DNA from: the human T2T-CHM13v2.0 reference genome, Homo sapiens
Direction: 5' to 3' (one strand)
DNA length: 64,000 bases
NCBI RefSeq assembly: GCF_009914755.1
Contig: NC_060927.1
Shown: in pieces, positions 12,933 to 27,183 of the stretch
How positions within the stretch are numbered: the stretch's first letter is position 1
Layout: each line of letters opens with the position of its first letter
Position numbers and translations under genes: made by a program
Notes under the pieces: model-generated
What the model was told of the DNA's origin: nothing
Database searches by the model: none
Seen by the model: only the letters and a program-made list of their open reading frames with translations

Positions 12933-14979
12933 TTACCATGATAGTATCAAAGAACCAATAAGTAATTCGTGAATTGTTGAATTAAGCCAAGCATTTCTGA
13001 TTTATGAACAATGAGGAGACGGAACCTCCAACAAGTTCAGAATAAATTTTTAGAAGGTCTCAGTTAATCTCCTCTCAAAGACCCTATAATGCCCAAATAT
13101 AATTAGGTTGCATTCTTATTGCACTATTACTATTTTTTGTGTTAATTTGATTCGTTATGATTGACATAGTGGTTGGATGGGCAAGGTTTTATTAAATCAC
13201 CAAATGGCCAGGCAGATAGGCTGTCAAGACTATTAAAATAAGTATCTTGATTCTTCACCTGACTGATTCCATTCAGCTAAAGGGCCCAGCTCAGAAAAAC
13301 CTATATCAGACCATGAGGAAAAGGCAACATCCCTCTGATAGAGACCCCCAATTCTGAACTGTGGGGTATGACCCATTCCTTGAGCCTCATTCTATCTAGT
13401 TCTTACTCTCCTAAAGCCTGATCTTACTTTTTCTTCTGTAGTCATTCATGTTTTCCTTTGTGGAACAGATGATTTCCTTGGCTCTTTTCCACAGTCTTCT
13501 GCTTCACCTGCCTCAGGTTCCTCAGGTTGGTCCCCTTGAGTAATGGACTATATTGTCCAACCCAGCCCACAAGACCATTACACACACAGTTTATCCCTGC
13601 CTTGTGGTTTCTTCACCCTTTTACCAGGAACTGTAGCATTGATTGAGGACTTAATCCCTAGAACAGACTGTAGCAATGGCAACTAGCCACAGCCGTGGAA
13701 TTGCCATTGTATCTCTTAGATTTCTTAGCAGTATTCAGATGTTGGGACAGCCTGTTAGTTCTCTCTGACCTCTTTGAAGATACTCTTTCCAGTTATTATC
13801 TACTGGACAATGTTGAATTTCCTACTCCTTATGACTGATCTGCCTGAATATTTTCTCCTAGCATCTCTAGCTGGCCCTTAATTCAGCATCTCTTCTGCTC
13901 TAATTACAGATTGAGTTGCCTCTCACTTTGCCTATTTGACTACACCTAATGGGTCCTTGCTACAACATGTTGTGGATCATGCTAGAAAAGGCCATGGGTT
14001 GGAGAATTATTAATATCCTTTAAAGTGGCAAGATTAAGTGGTAAACACATGATTGCTGTTAATTTAACCAGACTAACCCTTATTCTTTGAAAGCCAATAC
14101 AAAGTCCCTATGACATAACTGTTATGTCAACGAATTTCCAATATCAGCATTTAATCTGTGATTGAATTCAATATTGAATTCATATTCAATCCATATTGAA
14201 ATGGTTACTCAATTTATTAAATTGGTACATTGATTTGGTAAATTATTGAAATTGTAACTTTATTATGTTTTAAGTTAGTTCATGAGTGGGTGGAAGTGAG
14301 GGGAGAATTGTTAAAAAATATGCTGCTCTGGAAATCATCCTAGAAAATATATTCTCTCTTTTTGTGAGATATACAGCATGACTATAAAATAATTGTAAGA
14401 ACCAAACAAGATCACAGACTACTGCATATTCAATCTCAAAATGAGATTTTGATTAAATTTCTAGAGTCATATACTTTATATCAGTTGCAGAGCTGGGACC
14501 AGACCATAACAGCTGTTTGACAATGGAGTAAAAATAAATTTCAAATTGGATTAACTTGCTAATAACCTTTGCTATTTTAGAGACATGGACCTGATTGTCT
14601 AGTGTAACAAACATGCTTTACAGCATATATACTAGATAAGAGTAAAACTCAACAGGACCTGCGCTAAAGCTAGAAACTCAGATGAACACTAAGGTATGAG
14701 GCAAACTCTTCATTTGCTAAAGTCATCACAGAATGCATCTATGCAGGACAGAGGCAAAATTTTAGATCTCTTGTCCTCCAAGAGATTTGAGATAAATCAA
14801 TGCATATATTAAGGGGGACACTTAAAGAATTGCTTTGATTTATTTTCGAAAAGGTAAATTAATAATCCTTATTCCCACCCCAAAACATACAATGATTTGA
14901 TGTGCATATACCTCTATCCCATCTATTTACATAAAGAATCATCCACACCTTAAGGTACACCTGTCATCTGCCCATTAGT

Positions 14980-15560
14980 GAATCACCACTGCATTAAGAA
15001 GCGTTCAACACCCAATCTTTCTAATGTTGTTAGACAACCTTGACCTTCAATTTCTTGCACTGTGAATAATATTGCATCATATCTACACAGAACAGTGTAA
15101 TCATCTTTTCTATTTGCAGCACTAAGACAGTCAACAGTATTTGATACAATCAGCATGTGTCTTGATACGGAAGGCACATGGTGACAAGCCTAACTGAATG
15201 TAGTTATTCGGCTGTCATGAAATGCACCTTATGGTGATAAACTTCTGCCATAAAATTGGAAGACTATCACATAAACATGTTTCACAAAGAAATACACTAG
15301 CAGAATTCACTGCCGGGTTATTGTTGGAAAACAGTGTTCTATTTATTGTGTAGCGATTTTTACAGTATGTGTCAGTGTTTGGATGCTCATTACGTTTTAC
15401 AATGAAGTAATTACCGGGTGGTGATTTCTTTATTCTGGACAACAATTCTATCTAATTAGTGAACAATAAATTGAAGCGGTTAGATTAGGGAAATTTGAAT
15501 AGACATAGCAGGACAGGCGGATTTTCAGTTTGTGGAAGCATCGACTTGTTTAAATTTAGG
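14980..15560. promoter_or_regulatory. Candidate enhancer / conserved non-coding element
   Basis: Repeat-free; 10 CpGs versus none in the following ~750 bp; HOX/CDX, SOX, TAATTA and MEIS motifs (function is inferred). Confidence 0.4.
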
Positions 15561-16429
15561 CTCCCAACTACATACACATTTTTCTATGTCATGGTAAATT
15601 ATTTTTTCCTATACACCAATTCTTTTATTTCAGTCTTTGCTTCCTCTCTGTCTCTATCTCTCCTTCTTTTTCTAATAGTATTGCAAAATTAACTAAAAAA
15701 AACCATATTAATGGTGTTGATTAGGTATTTGAGATATACTGTTGAGGCTAGGTATAGGTGCATAATCATCAAATACTGTACTTACTAGACCCTAAACTGA
15801 GAATATAAAACTTATTTAAATACATTTGTCTTTATTATGACCCAGGGAATGACACTCATATTCCAATGCCTGCTCTCTAGCCATAAAGGATGGCAGAAAG
15901 AGCTGCTCATGGAATCTTTGTACTAGGAAACCAGCTTCATTGGTTTTACTGAGGAAGGGTCTTAAGATGTCATTTTCTCTTCACAGACCTAGGAATTCTC
16001 TGTATTTATCTGTCCCAATCATTATCACATATCTTGAATGTCTAGTCTTGATGTTTTTATAGATACATGCCTTGAAAAATAGCCCAAACCACCTCCAAAT
16101 TCCACATATAGTAATGATAGATAATATTTTTAAAAAAGAAAATTTTAAAAAGAGAAAACCATAACCAGATCCAAATTAAGATGAGTAACTTTGGGGGCTT
16201 CAGGAAGCCAATCCAGGCTTTCCACCAGTCCCTGGCCTGTTGGCAGTATGACTGATCTGCAGAATTCTCAGTAACCTCTGAGATGGTAGCCAAAAGGTGC
16301 GGATGTGAGAGCTCTTTCTTAGGGAATGAGGGGACAGGTGAAGACATTTTCAAAACTGCCAGGCAGAAAGGAGTAAAGGCTAGAATGGAATTGATGGGTG
16401 GGAAAAATAAGAGAATGGAAAAGGATATA

Positions 16430-16730
16430 GCTGGCAAATAATAATCAGAAGAGTATCAATGCAGCTATATGAACTCTGACAAAAATAGATTTTAAAGCAA
16501 AACAATTGCTAGGAACAAAAAGGAACATTAAATCATAATAAAACAGCAACCCACCAAGACTGTATTACCATCATAAATGTATATGAACCTAATGACACAG
16601 CCTTAAAACATATAAATCAATCACTGACAGTTATATGTAGAAAATGAAAAACATACAATCATTGTAGGAGGTTTTAACACTTGGCTATTGGAAACAGTAT
16701 AGAAAAAATATAAGGATATAGACAAAGTAT
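16430..16730 (+). mobile_element. Ancient L1M ORF2 endonuclease fragment
   Basis: Translates to INVYEPN and TIIVGGFNT, degraded versions of the L1 EN motifs N(I/V)YAPN and IIVGDFNT. Confidence 0.8.
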
Positions 16731-16761
16731 AGAGATTTTTAAAATCTTGAGAGTTAATTTA

Positions 16762-16980
16762 AAGCGGGCAAGCTCTACTCAGCTTTAGAGTTTTCTTGCC
16801 AGAAGGAAATGCAGGCTCAGTACGGATAGAACATCAGATTTCTCAAGAGAAGTTTAGAATCGGGATTTTTCAGTAAGATATTGCTGGAAGTGCGACAGTT
16901 TAAGACTTCAATGTAATGACAGTGCAGACCACACAAACCAGGTCCTTGGGCAGGGTTAGGATGTGAGTAGCCTAATGTCT
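16762..16980. mobile_element. MER103C-like hAT-Charlie MITE
   Basis: ggaaatgcaggctcagt...gatttctcaagagaag...ggattttt resembles MER103C. Confidence 0.6.
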
Positions 16981-17369
16981 ATCTTTCCCATAAAACTGTA
17001 CATTTTTTTAGGTCAGAAATTATGTCTATTTCTCCATGGCTATGTCTTCAATGGTGGTTTGAGGATTAAATGAGGAAAAGCATTCAAAGTAATACTGAAT
17101 TTGATTCTTGCAAATTATCTCATTGAATGCTTTATACATATACATATGGTAGAAGTTTCTGGTAATACACAAGAGAACAAATGAAAATGTACACACACTC
17201 TCTCCCCTGCAAGTGCCAGGCCTTTCTAATAACTTGAAGAGAATCTCATTCTTTCCTGCTTCTCCAGTGCCTAGTCCATTAGTATTTGAATAATGAATAA
17301 GTAAATAAATGGGTAACTATGTTTGTAATTCATCTTCATGGTAATTATAACTCAAGGGAAAAATATTCA

Positions 17370-17585
17370 TTCTGCATTTACCATGTGTCAGACATTGTGG
17401 TTGCTTTTTATATTAATTTATTAATTCCTATGACAACTACAATGGTGCCCATTTTACAGATGAGGAAATCTAGTATCAGAATATGAATAAGATTAAATAT
17501 AACTCATGGAAGCTTCCATGACTTACAAGTAGTAAAGCCAAGATGGAACCCTTTCTTCTGAAAGCCTTTTAATACATCGTGTATT
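17370..17585 (-). mobile_element. MIR SINE
   Basis: cccattttacagatgaggaaa core. Confidence 0.8.
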
Positions 17586-17686
17586 TCATAAAGAGTTTTC
17601 CAGTTAATAAGAAGGGAAATGCTGACTGAGGCAAATGTAAGACTTTTTGTAATCTCAACTGCTTACCTGGCATTTTCAGTAAGACT

Positions 17687-18340
17687 TTATTCATTTATTC
17701 AAAACTCAGCAAATATTGAGCATGAACTGTGAGTGTTGCACTCTGCTAGGCACTGGGGGTATAGCAGTAAACAAGTCAGAGAAAATCCCTGCCTTTGTTG
17801 TATACCTATATTCTAGGAGTTTATATTTGAAGAGAAGAAACAACAAATAAATATGAATAAGGAATATGAAACAAATATTAATATAACAAATATGAAAATA
17901 AATATATATATAATTTTAATATTTATAAGAGCTATGAATAACAGTAAGCCAGAGTCAAAACATATAGACTGATGGAGATGCTTTTTCAGGAAGGGTAGTG
18001 AGGGAAGTCTTTTCTGGGAATAAGGGATTCTTGTGAATATTAGGAGAAAGACAGTTCCAGAAAGAGAGAAGAGCAGTTAACCAAAAAAAAAAAAAAGTTT
18101 GTTGGTTCAAAAACTAGAAAGCTGGAGTTGGGTGAGTCATGGGGAAAATGGGAGAAACTGAAGTCAGGGATGTGACCATGGGCTGGATCCTATAAGACCT
18201 TGTGGGCCAGAGGAAAGATTTAGGATTTTATTCAGTGCGATGGGGAGCCACTCTGGGGTTGAGAGCAGGAAAGTGATGTGATCTGATACACATTTTGAAA
18301 TTATCCTTCCAGTTGCCTCATGGAAATATGACATAGAAGG
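17687..18340 (-). mobile_element. L2 (L2a-like) 3' region
   Basis: ttattcatttattc...ctctgctaggcactggggg...gaccttgtgggcc...ggattttattc...ggggagccact...gtgatgtgatctga. Confidence 0.85.
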
Positions 18341-18547
18341 CTAATACAGGATTCTCATTCTCCACACAGTTTGGTCTCATTTATGTGGATCTGTTTTATC
18401 TTTACCTATTACTAAAATTTCAGAAAGACTAGAAGCCAGAACACTAATAAGAAGTCTTAAATAAATCCCTTAAGCAATCTGTAAGTTTTCTCACCTATAA
18501 AATGAGTATAATAATACTTGCTAAGTGTTCTTTGCAATATTTTGAGA

Positions 18548-18917
18548 TGTTGAGACAGAGGCAGATTTTGAGACAGAAACTAGTGAGAGAATGTTTATTA
18601 GGAAGTGCTCTTGGGATCAATCCCTATGCAAGGAAGAAGAAGAAAGCAGAAATGGGCAAAGGGAGAAGTTGAGATGCAATGTGTTCTTAACAAAGGCCTC
18701 AATTGACCCATAGGGACCTCTTGAGGTAAAATATCATGTCGGAGATTTCCCAAATTAGGGCAAGACGGCCAGGCTTCTTCCTGTACCAGTCACAAGGCAA
18801 TCTCTAAAATAGTTGACAGCTGAAGGTATCTGCTGGGATTTTTTCCCAACAGCTGGTGGAATGAGTCCTTTAATCCTGAAGGAAGCATCTGAGTAGCATA
18901 TCACAGCATTTACCACA
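18548..18917 (-). mobile_element. LTR16-family ERVL LTR
   Basis: The reverse complement starts tgtggtaaatgctgtgatatgctactcagatgcttccttcaggattaaaggactcattcc. Confidence 0.7.
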
Positions 18918-19876
18918 TGAAGTGACTTGCCCAAGGTTACAAATTATTCGGCAGAGCAACTGGGACTTGGACCCAGTCTCAGACTCCTGTTCAATATTCT
19001 TCCTGTTCCCACTTAGCCTCTTGTTCATTACTTCTAGTAAATTTCATCCCACAGTCAAATTTTAAAGCCCTTTCACCATTCTCCATCGGAGAAACTCTTA
19101 CCCAGAATGCTAGGAAAAAGCACTTTCTTGAATATTGTCTAAGGCTTTTTGTGTAGATTGTTAAATATCCTGCTACTCTTGCACAAGACCAAATAACACC
19201 TGCAATTGGAAAAAAGAACCTAATATTAAATTCCATTACTCAGGTCAGGAGCACAACAGACATAGAAAAGGTTCAAAAAGGGGCAATGAAAAAGAATTGA
19301 GCCATAACAGAAGTATATGGAGTAATGAGTTTAATTTCCCAAATTCTCAATTCCCCCCTCCGTTCTAAGCATATTTCTTTTTATGCAATTTAGCTATAAT
19401 TTCAGGGTAGCCTTCCAGTGTATTGAACAAGAACTAATTAGTGTGTTTAGATCTTTTATGTGCCTTATCTGTTAATTGCAACTTTTGGAGTTTTTCTTTT
19501 CTATGCAATTTGACCAAAGCTAAACTATCTTTTGAAAGACTACCCTTGAAGATAAAGTTCTTTGTTGCCAAGGGAGGTCATGCAGATTTTTGATGGCAGC
19601 CAGGAGCAAAATAAATGTTTTTCCCATTTTAGTCTACAACAGTCATTTTTCAAGAAAAACCATGTTGTCTAGCTGGGGTGGAGATTGGACTAGACCATGT
19701 TCATGTTCCTTTTATCAGCATTCAGTCAACTTTCCTATTCTGGTTTTCTGTGGCACCCCGAATCAGGGATCCTCCACATCAAAAACATAGATATCACAAA
19801 TAATAATGTTGGCACTATGGGAGGCTATAATCTCATAAATAGTCAAACAGTCAGTGTGCATTTGCTACTAAGTACT

Positions 19877-20000
19877 GTAGTAGACATTGCTAGAGTTCTC
19901 CAATATATGGCTCTCCTTATCATCCTTGTAGCTGGATGCCATGTAAGGATTTCTGGCCAATAAAATATTAGCAGAAGTGATGCATCTCATTTCCCAACAA
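19877..20000 (+). mobile_element. MLT1J/K-like LTR fragment
   Basis: tgtagtagacattgc...ttctggccaataaaatattagcagaagtgatg. Confidence 0.55.
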
Positions 20001-20049
20001 GCTTTGCCATTGTGTTCTCAGAGTACATGCTCAGATTAATGGCTTTCTT

Positions 20050-20170
20050 GCGCTGTTGGTTTATGAAGCAGAGGATCATGTTTCCTCATCTTTGTAGCCT
20101 CTGAACTTAGTGTAAGCCCAGGTTATAGTCAGCATTCAATAAAAGTCCATTGGACAATGAATCAATGACC
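20050..20170 (+). mobile_element. L2 3' end
   Basis: gaagcagaggatcatgtttcctcatctttgtagcc...cattcaataaa. Confidence 0.6.
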
Positions 20171-20227
20171 CAATGTCTCCTGTGGGGACGATACACAGGT
20201 GTTTTGCATTCAGACTATTTTCAGTTC

Positions 20228-20515
20228 TTTTTTTTTTCTTTGACAGGGTCTACTTTGTTATGCAGACTGGAGTGCAGTGGCTAGATTATACCTTGCTGCA
20301 GCCTCCATCTCCCAGACTCAAATGATCCTCCTGCCTCAGCCTCCTGAGTAGCTGGAACCACAGGCATGTGTCACCATGCCTGGCTATTTTTTTTGTTTTT
20401 AAATGGGATCTCAATATGTTACACAAGCTGGTCTTGAACTCCTGGGCTCAAGCCATCCTCCCGCCTTGGCTTCCCAAAGTGCTAGGATTACAGGAATGAG
20501 CCACTGTGTCTGCCC
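20228..20515 (-). mobile_element. AluJ
   Basis: Antisense dimer with J diagnostics (cctgggctcaagccatcctcc). Confidence 0.92.
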
Positions 20516-20599
20516 CCACCCCCTTTTATATTTCATTTACTACCAGTTCTAGTTCATCCTTCACTGAGCCTCTTATAGAGAGGCAAAGAGGATGTGAAT

Positions 20600-20848
20600 G
20601 TATCTCAGAGGAAATAACGCACAGGCTTTGGAATTCGCTTTCTCTCTCATTATTTACTATCTCTGTGACTTGGGAAAGTTACTTAGCTTCCTTCAACCTG
20701 ATTTATCTCACCTAGAAAAATGGGTGTTACTAGTGCTTACTTCACAGAATTTGTGTAAAGACCACATGAGACAATATATGTAAACAGCTTAGCATGATGC
20801 CTTGCACAAAATGCATGTTGTATAATTTGTTTCATCTATTGAATCATT
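20600..20848 (+). mobile_element. MIR SINE
   Basis: tttactatctctgtgacttgggaaagttacttagcttc...gcttagcatgatgccttgcaca. Confidence 0.8.
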
Positions 20849-21188
20849 TGACACCTTTCCTTTCCTTCAGGTTTCTTTTTTTAACTTTTCCTCTGACCTT
20901 GACTTCTTCCTACCACTTAGTGTTTCCTCACTGTCCAGAGGTTGTCTCACCTGTTGGTGAGGCATCTAAGCCTGTCCTCTTCTGACAGTGGCCTGAGCGA
21001 CAATTCTACTGTTCTCCCTTTCAAAACTATAAATAGTTGTTAGGTTAAATGGGATTAATAATCAAGTTCTTAGTACTGCTGCTAATTGATTTAACATGTT
21101 AATTACTAATCTGATATTGCTTTTGGAGTACATAAATTTTAAGAAAATACACCAACAAATCTACAGTATCTGAAACATAAAGATGTTA

Positions 21189-21389
<201 letters not shown>

Positions 21390-21944
21390 TTAGAATAATG
21401 ATAGAATCCCAGGCAAGAGTGACTGGTTTTAGGGAGAAGTGGGGACAATTGGCCCTCAAAATTCTCATTCCTGGCTTGATTCACACCATGTAGGTAGTCG
21501 TTGATTTTGTTTGTTTGGTGACTGGAGAAGGTCCTGATACCAGCAGTCCTCAACATAACCACATCTATTATAGATATATGAGATAAAAGGGCCATTGTTG
21601 TTTTGTCTATATTTTTTCATTTTATTTGCATAATTGGCATATAAATTGATAACTGTCTATTCTCAGGTAATTGCCAAGTTAAACATTTATTATTGCTGCC
21701 TTTCAGTATGTCATTTTTAAAAAATTAATTCACAGCATCCACATCATGTCATTAATGCAGATTCTCAAAACCTTAATAGAACCTGAAGCAGAGAAGACAG
21801 AAGTCATTGAGATCCTTAGGGTTAGTAAATCTTGCTCCATTACACTATATGTGTACCAAATAAAGCATACCTTCCTTCCTTCAACAGAAACAAAGGAAAT
21901 TCCACTGTCCCATGCTTACCTCAGTCCTCCGTCTAACCCCCCAG

Positions 21945-22414
21945 GATGGATGTCTTTTGCATGCCCCTCCACACCAATCTCTGCCTTCTCCACCCTGGCA
22001 GCCTGTGAGGCTGCCCCACATGAATATTGTCAAGGAATTTCTTTGCCTTCTGGCTTCAATTCAGTCAATAGGAAACACAGGAAGGCTTTTGAATGATGAG
22101 AAGAAAGTGAGGTTGGAGCATTTACTTCTCTAACTGCCTCCTTGCTGAATGGCTAGGGTTGACTGCATCCCTCTCTGGAAGGCCATAGCTTCCATTAGGT
22201 GGTCGGTTCCATTATCTACCTCTCTAGGTATTTTAGCCGCTCTTTCTCCTTCCCACTTCAGGTCTGGAGTGCTAAAGACTCCCTCATTGTAGGTAACCCT
22301 AGGGCACTGCATCATCCCAGGCTGGCTCCCCTAAATTCTGTCTATACCTTTGTAAATTGTTCTTAAAAATCCTCTCAAATATCTCATTGTTTTTGCCAGG
22401 ACCCTGACATATAC
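21945..22414 (+). mobile_element. LTR33 ERVL LTR
   Basis: ccttctccaccctgg...ccttctggcttc...cactgcatcatccc...cctttgtaaat...gccaggaccctgac. Confidence 0.8.
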
Positions 22415-23271
22415 TCACCAATCTGCTTTTTATTTGGAACCTGGTACTGCCTTTGGCCAGGGAATCTTCTCAGCAGGACATAATCCTTGCCTTCTGACAG
22501 AAAAAACATCCATATTTACAATTCCTGGACAAAATGGAGTGATTTTTCCTTATTTTATGACAGTGTGCTGCCTCTCTCTCTCTCTCTCTCTTTCTTTTTT
22601 TCTCCTTAAGAAAGTGTTATCAGTAGAAGAGCTTTCAGCTTATCCCAAGTCCAGGGTTGGAGGCGGGCTTCCAGAAAGTATGACAAATGCACAAGCATGT
22701 CAAGCTGTGACAGCCTCAATGGGCTGAGATTTCAAAAATCTTATGAAAGGGAGACTTTGAAGTGCCTTATTCAAAGGCAGCCAAAGCTTTTATCCTAAGA
22801 GGAGGAGATTCTAATGTGGCCTGATAATTAGCGGAGAGTGAGGGCCTTCATCCCCTCTGAGCAATGAGATGCCATGGCTGGAATGTGCCCTGAACCCAAA
22901 TGTGATTGCACAAAGAACCTAGGTCTCATTCCTGAAATTTATAACCATATCAACCATAGTTTTATGAGATATGGCATCATTTTTTAAAAAGGCTTGAACC
23001 CTTATAGAGCTATTCAAATAACCATTGAGTCATTTGAACTGAAATAGGAGTTAGTTCAAAGTGGCAGTTCATAAATTAGAGGTGCTGTTGTTTCAAGGAG
23101 AGGGCATAAATGCTGGGCAAACAGTCCAGTGCACTGGTTACTAACAGTTATTGTTATGCTCATGACTATGGAGGAGCAGGGGCCAAAACAGGCAGAATTT
23201 GACTTTTAATTTGACTTTAGAGCATAATTAGAGGCTATGAGGCATATATAGAAAACATAACATGTACATAT

Positions 23272-24110
<839 letters not shown>

Positions 24111-24111
24111 A

Positions 24112-24250
24112 GGTATTCATATCACCAGGAGAACCAGTGAAAATACTGATGACTGGGCTCTACTTTTTGACATTGTGATTCAGTACATCTGGAGATTAAG
24201 AAATCTGAATTTTAAAAAGAAATCTAGGAACCATATTTTGATACATACTG
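24112..24250. mobile_element. MER5-like MITE fragment
   Basis: atcaccaggagaac...aaaatactgatgactgggct...gattcagtacatctggag...aaatctgaattttaa. Confidence 0.55.
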
Positions 24251-25399
24251 TCAAAAGAAACAAAAAGCCCTAGAAAAGACTTAAATGGAAGGTATCCCAA
24301 ATAGAATATCTATATGGACAATTATTTGCCCTTTGTACTTTTCTCTAGTATTGTTTGGATTTGACCCTCCTTTTGTGAGAATCAAGGAAAGTTGAAAGGT
24401 ACTGCTGAAATTCTTGAGGTGTTGCAGTGGAGATGTGACCCCCTCTAGTTGGTACCCTGAGAGCTGAGAGCTACTTCACCGTTGCCACTTATCCAATTGG
24501 TGTAGATCCCACGCAACTCCAAAGTATAATCGAATAAATTAGCAAAATCAAATACAGTATGCAATGAGATAATAAAATTGTTTGCATAAAGAATAAAAAC
24601 TATCTGAAAGGGAGTAGCTGTTACCAGGAGACCAGGATGCTGAATGAGGAGAGATGAGATTTGAGCAAGCTACAAATTTCCTGGTAACTTAGGGAAAAAT
24701 AGAAAATACATTGAATTATACATTTTGCATTGTTTAAGAAAAAAGGCATTCATTTTTTACAGACAAATACTTTCTGGTATTAGGTTCAAGGAGGAATTTT
24801 TAATGTAATGGCCAAGGTCAGTTATAATTTTGTGATAAACAGAAAATCTATCTCTGCTATCTGAAACTGGCTTAATTTTTAAACCTCAGATACCTGAGTC
24901 ATGAAAGATTGGGAAGTTTGTAGTTGCACCTAAATAATTTTTGAAGGGTGGTACAAAAATGTTAGCCCTGGAAAAAATACAGTGTTTTGGCTTCTACTTA
25001 GAATCACATGGACACAGGAATTTCTTTGTATTCTTACAAACAATGTTATGTCTTTGTTATTAATATAAATGAAGTTACTCTATTTAAAGTCTTGCTTCCA
25101 AGAAACATCTGAGGCAGGTGATATTAATAAAGATCAATCTCTGGATATCTTTGGCCTAATAACCTTTACTGTCTAATACACAAAACAAGTGACCCATAAG
25201 AACAGGAGATATAGGTGTATAATAAAAAGTACAAATTTTATAATGGAAAAGAGCAAAAAGAAAAATGCAATGAAAATAATATAGAGACAAAGAAAAAGAG
25301 AAAAATATGTAGAGACTTTTTTTTTAAGAGTAAGGCTTTTATGTTATAATGAACAAGCACTAAGCACCTGTAGAGAGATATCTATAAGCCTCTATAATA

Positions 25400-25540
25400 G
25401 AGAATGAGGTGGATGGATAGAATATTGACCTGAGAATTTAGGGAACTGAGTTGGTATTTACGTTGTCTTAGCTATGTGTGAGCATAGTTTGAAATCTGTA
25501 TATATCAGTTTCATCACTTTTAAGATAAAGGGATTAATAA
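25400..25540 (+). mobile_element. MIR fragment
   Basis: ttagctatgtgtgagcatag...tcagtttcatcacttttaagataaaggga. Confidence 0.55.
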
Positions 25541-25548
25541 TAATAGGT

Positions 25549-25789
25549 CAGGGGTCTACAACTATAGCCTAGGAGCCAAATCTGGTCTGCCACCTGTTTT
25601 TATGAATAAAACTTAATTGAAATACAACCATACTGCTCATTTATTTACATATAGTATATGACTGCTTCATGCTACAAAGGCAGAGTAGTTGCAACAGAGT
25701 ACATGTGGCTCATAGACCCATAAACGAAGCTCATAATGCCTAAAATAATCATTTTCTGGCCCTTTACAAATAATGTTTGCCAATCCCTG
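25549..25789. mobile_element. MER58A hAT-Charlie MITE
   Basis: TIRs caggggtc...aatccctg; 8-bp TSD taataggt/caatagat. Confidence 0.9.
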
Positions 25790-25814
25790 CAATAGATGAT
25801 TATATGAATTAGTG

Positions 25815-26210
25815 AGAATATCAATTTGGTTTCTGTAAAATTCTGGAACCAAAATTAACAGTGGCTTTTAAAAAAGATAGACATTTATTCCTCTCACAAG
25901 TAAAACCCTGAGTTGGTAGGGCAGGTTCCTTTCGCAAAGAATCACAGACTCCTTTTATCTTATGGCTTTGCCATCTTCCATGATGACTTCTCACTCAGGA
26001 AGAAGAAACGGGACAAGGAAACCTTGCTCTTCCCTTACCCAACATGGCAGTTGAACATCTACCCCCACTGACATTGCACAAGCTCAGCTTTGTAACTTGG
26101 CTGTATCTGAAAGGGAGGCTGGAAAATATATTTTTTAATCTGGATGGCCATGTGCCCAACTGAAAATTCTATTACCATATAAGAGAAGAACAAATATGGG
26201 GAGACTGACC
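25815..26210 (-). mobile_element. MLT1J-like MaLR LTR
   Basis: acagtggctttta...gggaggctggaaaatata...ggccatgtgcccaactgaaaattctattacc. Confidence 0.7.
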
Positions 26211-26247
26211 TATACATTTCTTTCCACTTAAAATTCTATGAACATAG

Positions 26248-26610
26248 TGTATTAGTCTGCTCAGTCTGCCATAACAAAATATCACAGACTGGGTGGCTTA
26301 AACAACAGGAATTTATTTCTCATAGTTCTGAAGGCTGGGAAGTTTAAGATCAAGGTTCCAACAGATACAGTTTTGATGAAGGCTTTCCTCCTGGCTTGCA
26401 GACAGATGCTTTCTTGCTGTGTCCTCACATGGTGGGGAGAGAGAGCTGTCTCATGTCTCTTTTCATAAGGAGACTAACTAATCCTATCAGATCAAGATTC
26501 AACCCTTATAACTCCTTTTAGCCTTACCTACTTCCTTACTCTTAATATAGCCATGTCTAGTGTAGGGCTTCAACATATGAATTTTAGGGGACACAACTGA
26601 GTTCATAGCA
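26248..26610 (-). mobile_element. MLT1A0-like solo LTR
   Basis: tgtattagtctgctcag...ctgggtggcttaaacaacag...gttcatagca; TSD catag/cagag. Confidence 0.9.
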
Positions 26611-27183
26611 CAGAGTTTCCTATATGAAACTGACAGAAATAGACATGTCATGAATGCATCAATAATCAAGGATGGGACTGAGGCTCTGGCCTACACATCT
26701 AAAGGGGGATAAATATGAGCATCTTAGGATAGGGCAGTGCTTAGACTTAACATTGACAACTCAGTAGAATACATACATTTAGTTTAAACATAATTGTTTG
26801 GTAAAGTGATTTTCTTTTTTATGTGTACTATAAATTATTCTGAAATTATTGATTTGTTTCAAAAGTTTCCCTTAAAAAGCCCTTTCAAGGTAAAATCGCA
26901 AGTTGTATTGGCTTAACCTAGGCAAACCTAACCTACTTCTGCTCACGATAGTAATGGCAATGTAGGCACTTCTACAAAATGGGAACCTTGACAATAGAAA
27001 ACACACGTTTAGAGTTCCAGAAAGGATTATTGCTGAAAAAGTCTACCTATAACCTTTCCCTCTGGGTGAAAAGACAAAAAGCAGTCAAACTCTTATCTCT
27101 GGAAATATGAGGTCCGTAATTTGGCATCAGGAGAATCTGTCCAGTTTTATTTGTGCGAATCATCACTCATTTTTAAATCACTC

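Noticed and set aside
16057-16437. 126-aa hydrophobic minus-strand ORF
   Set aside because: The hydrophobicity reflects T-rich antisense composition next to an L1 fragment; no family similarity
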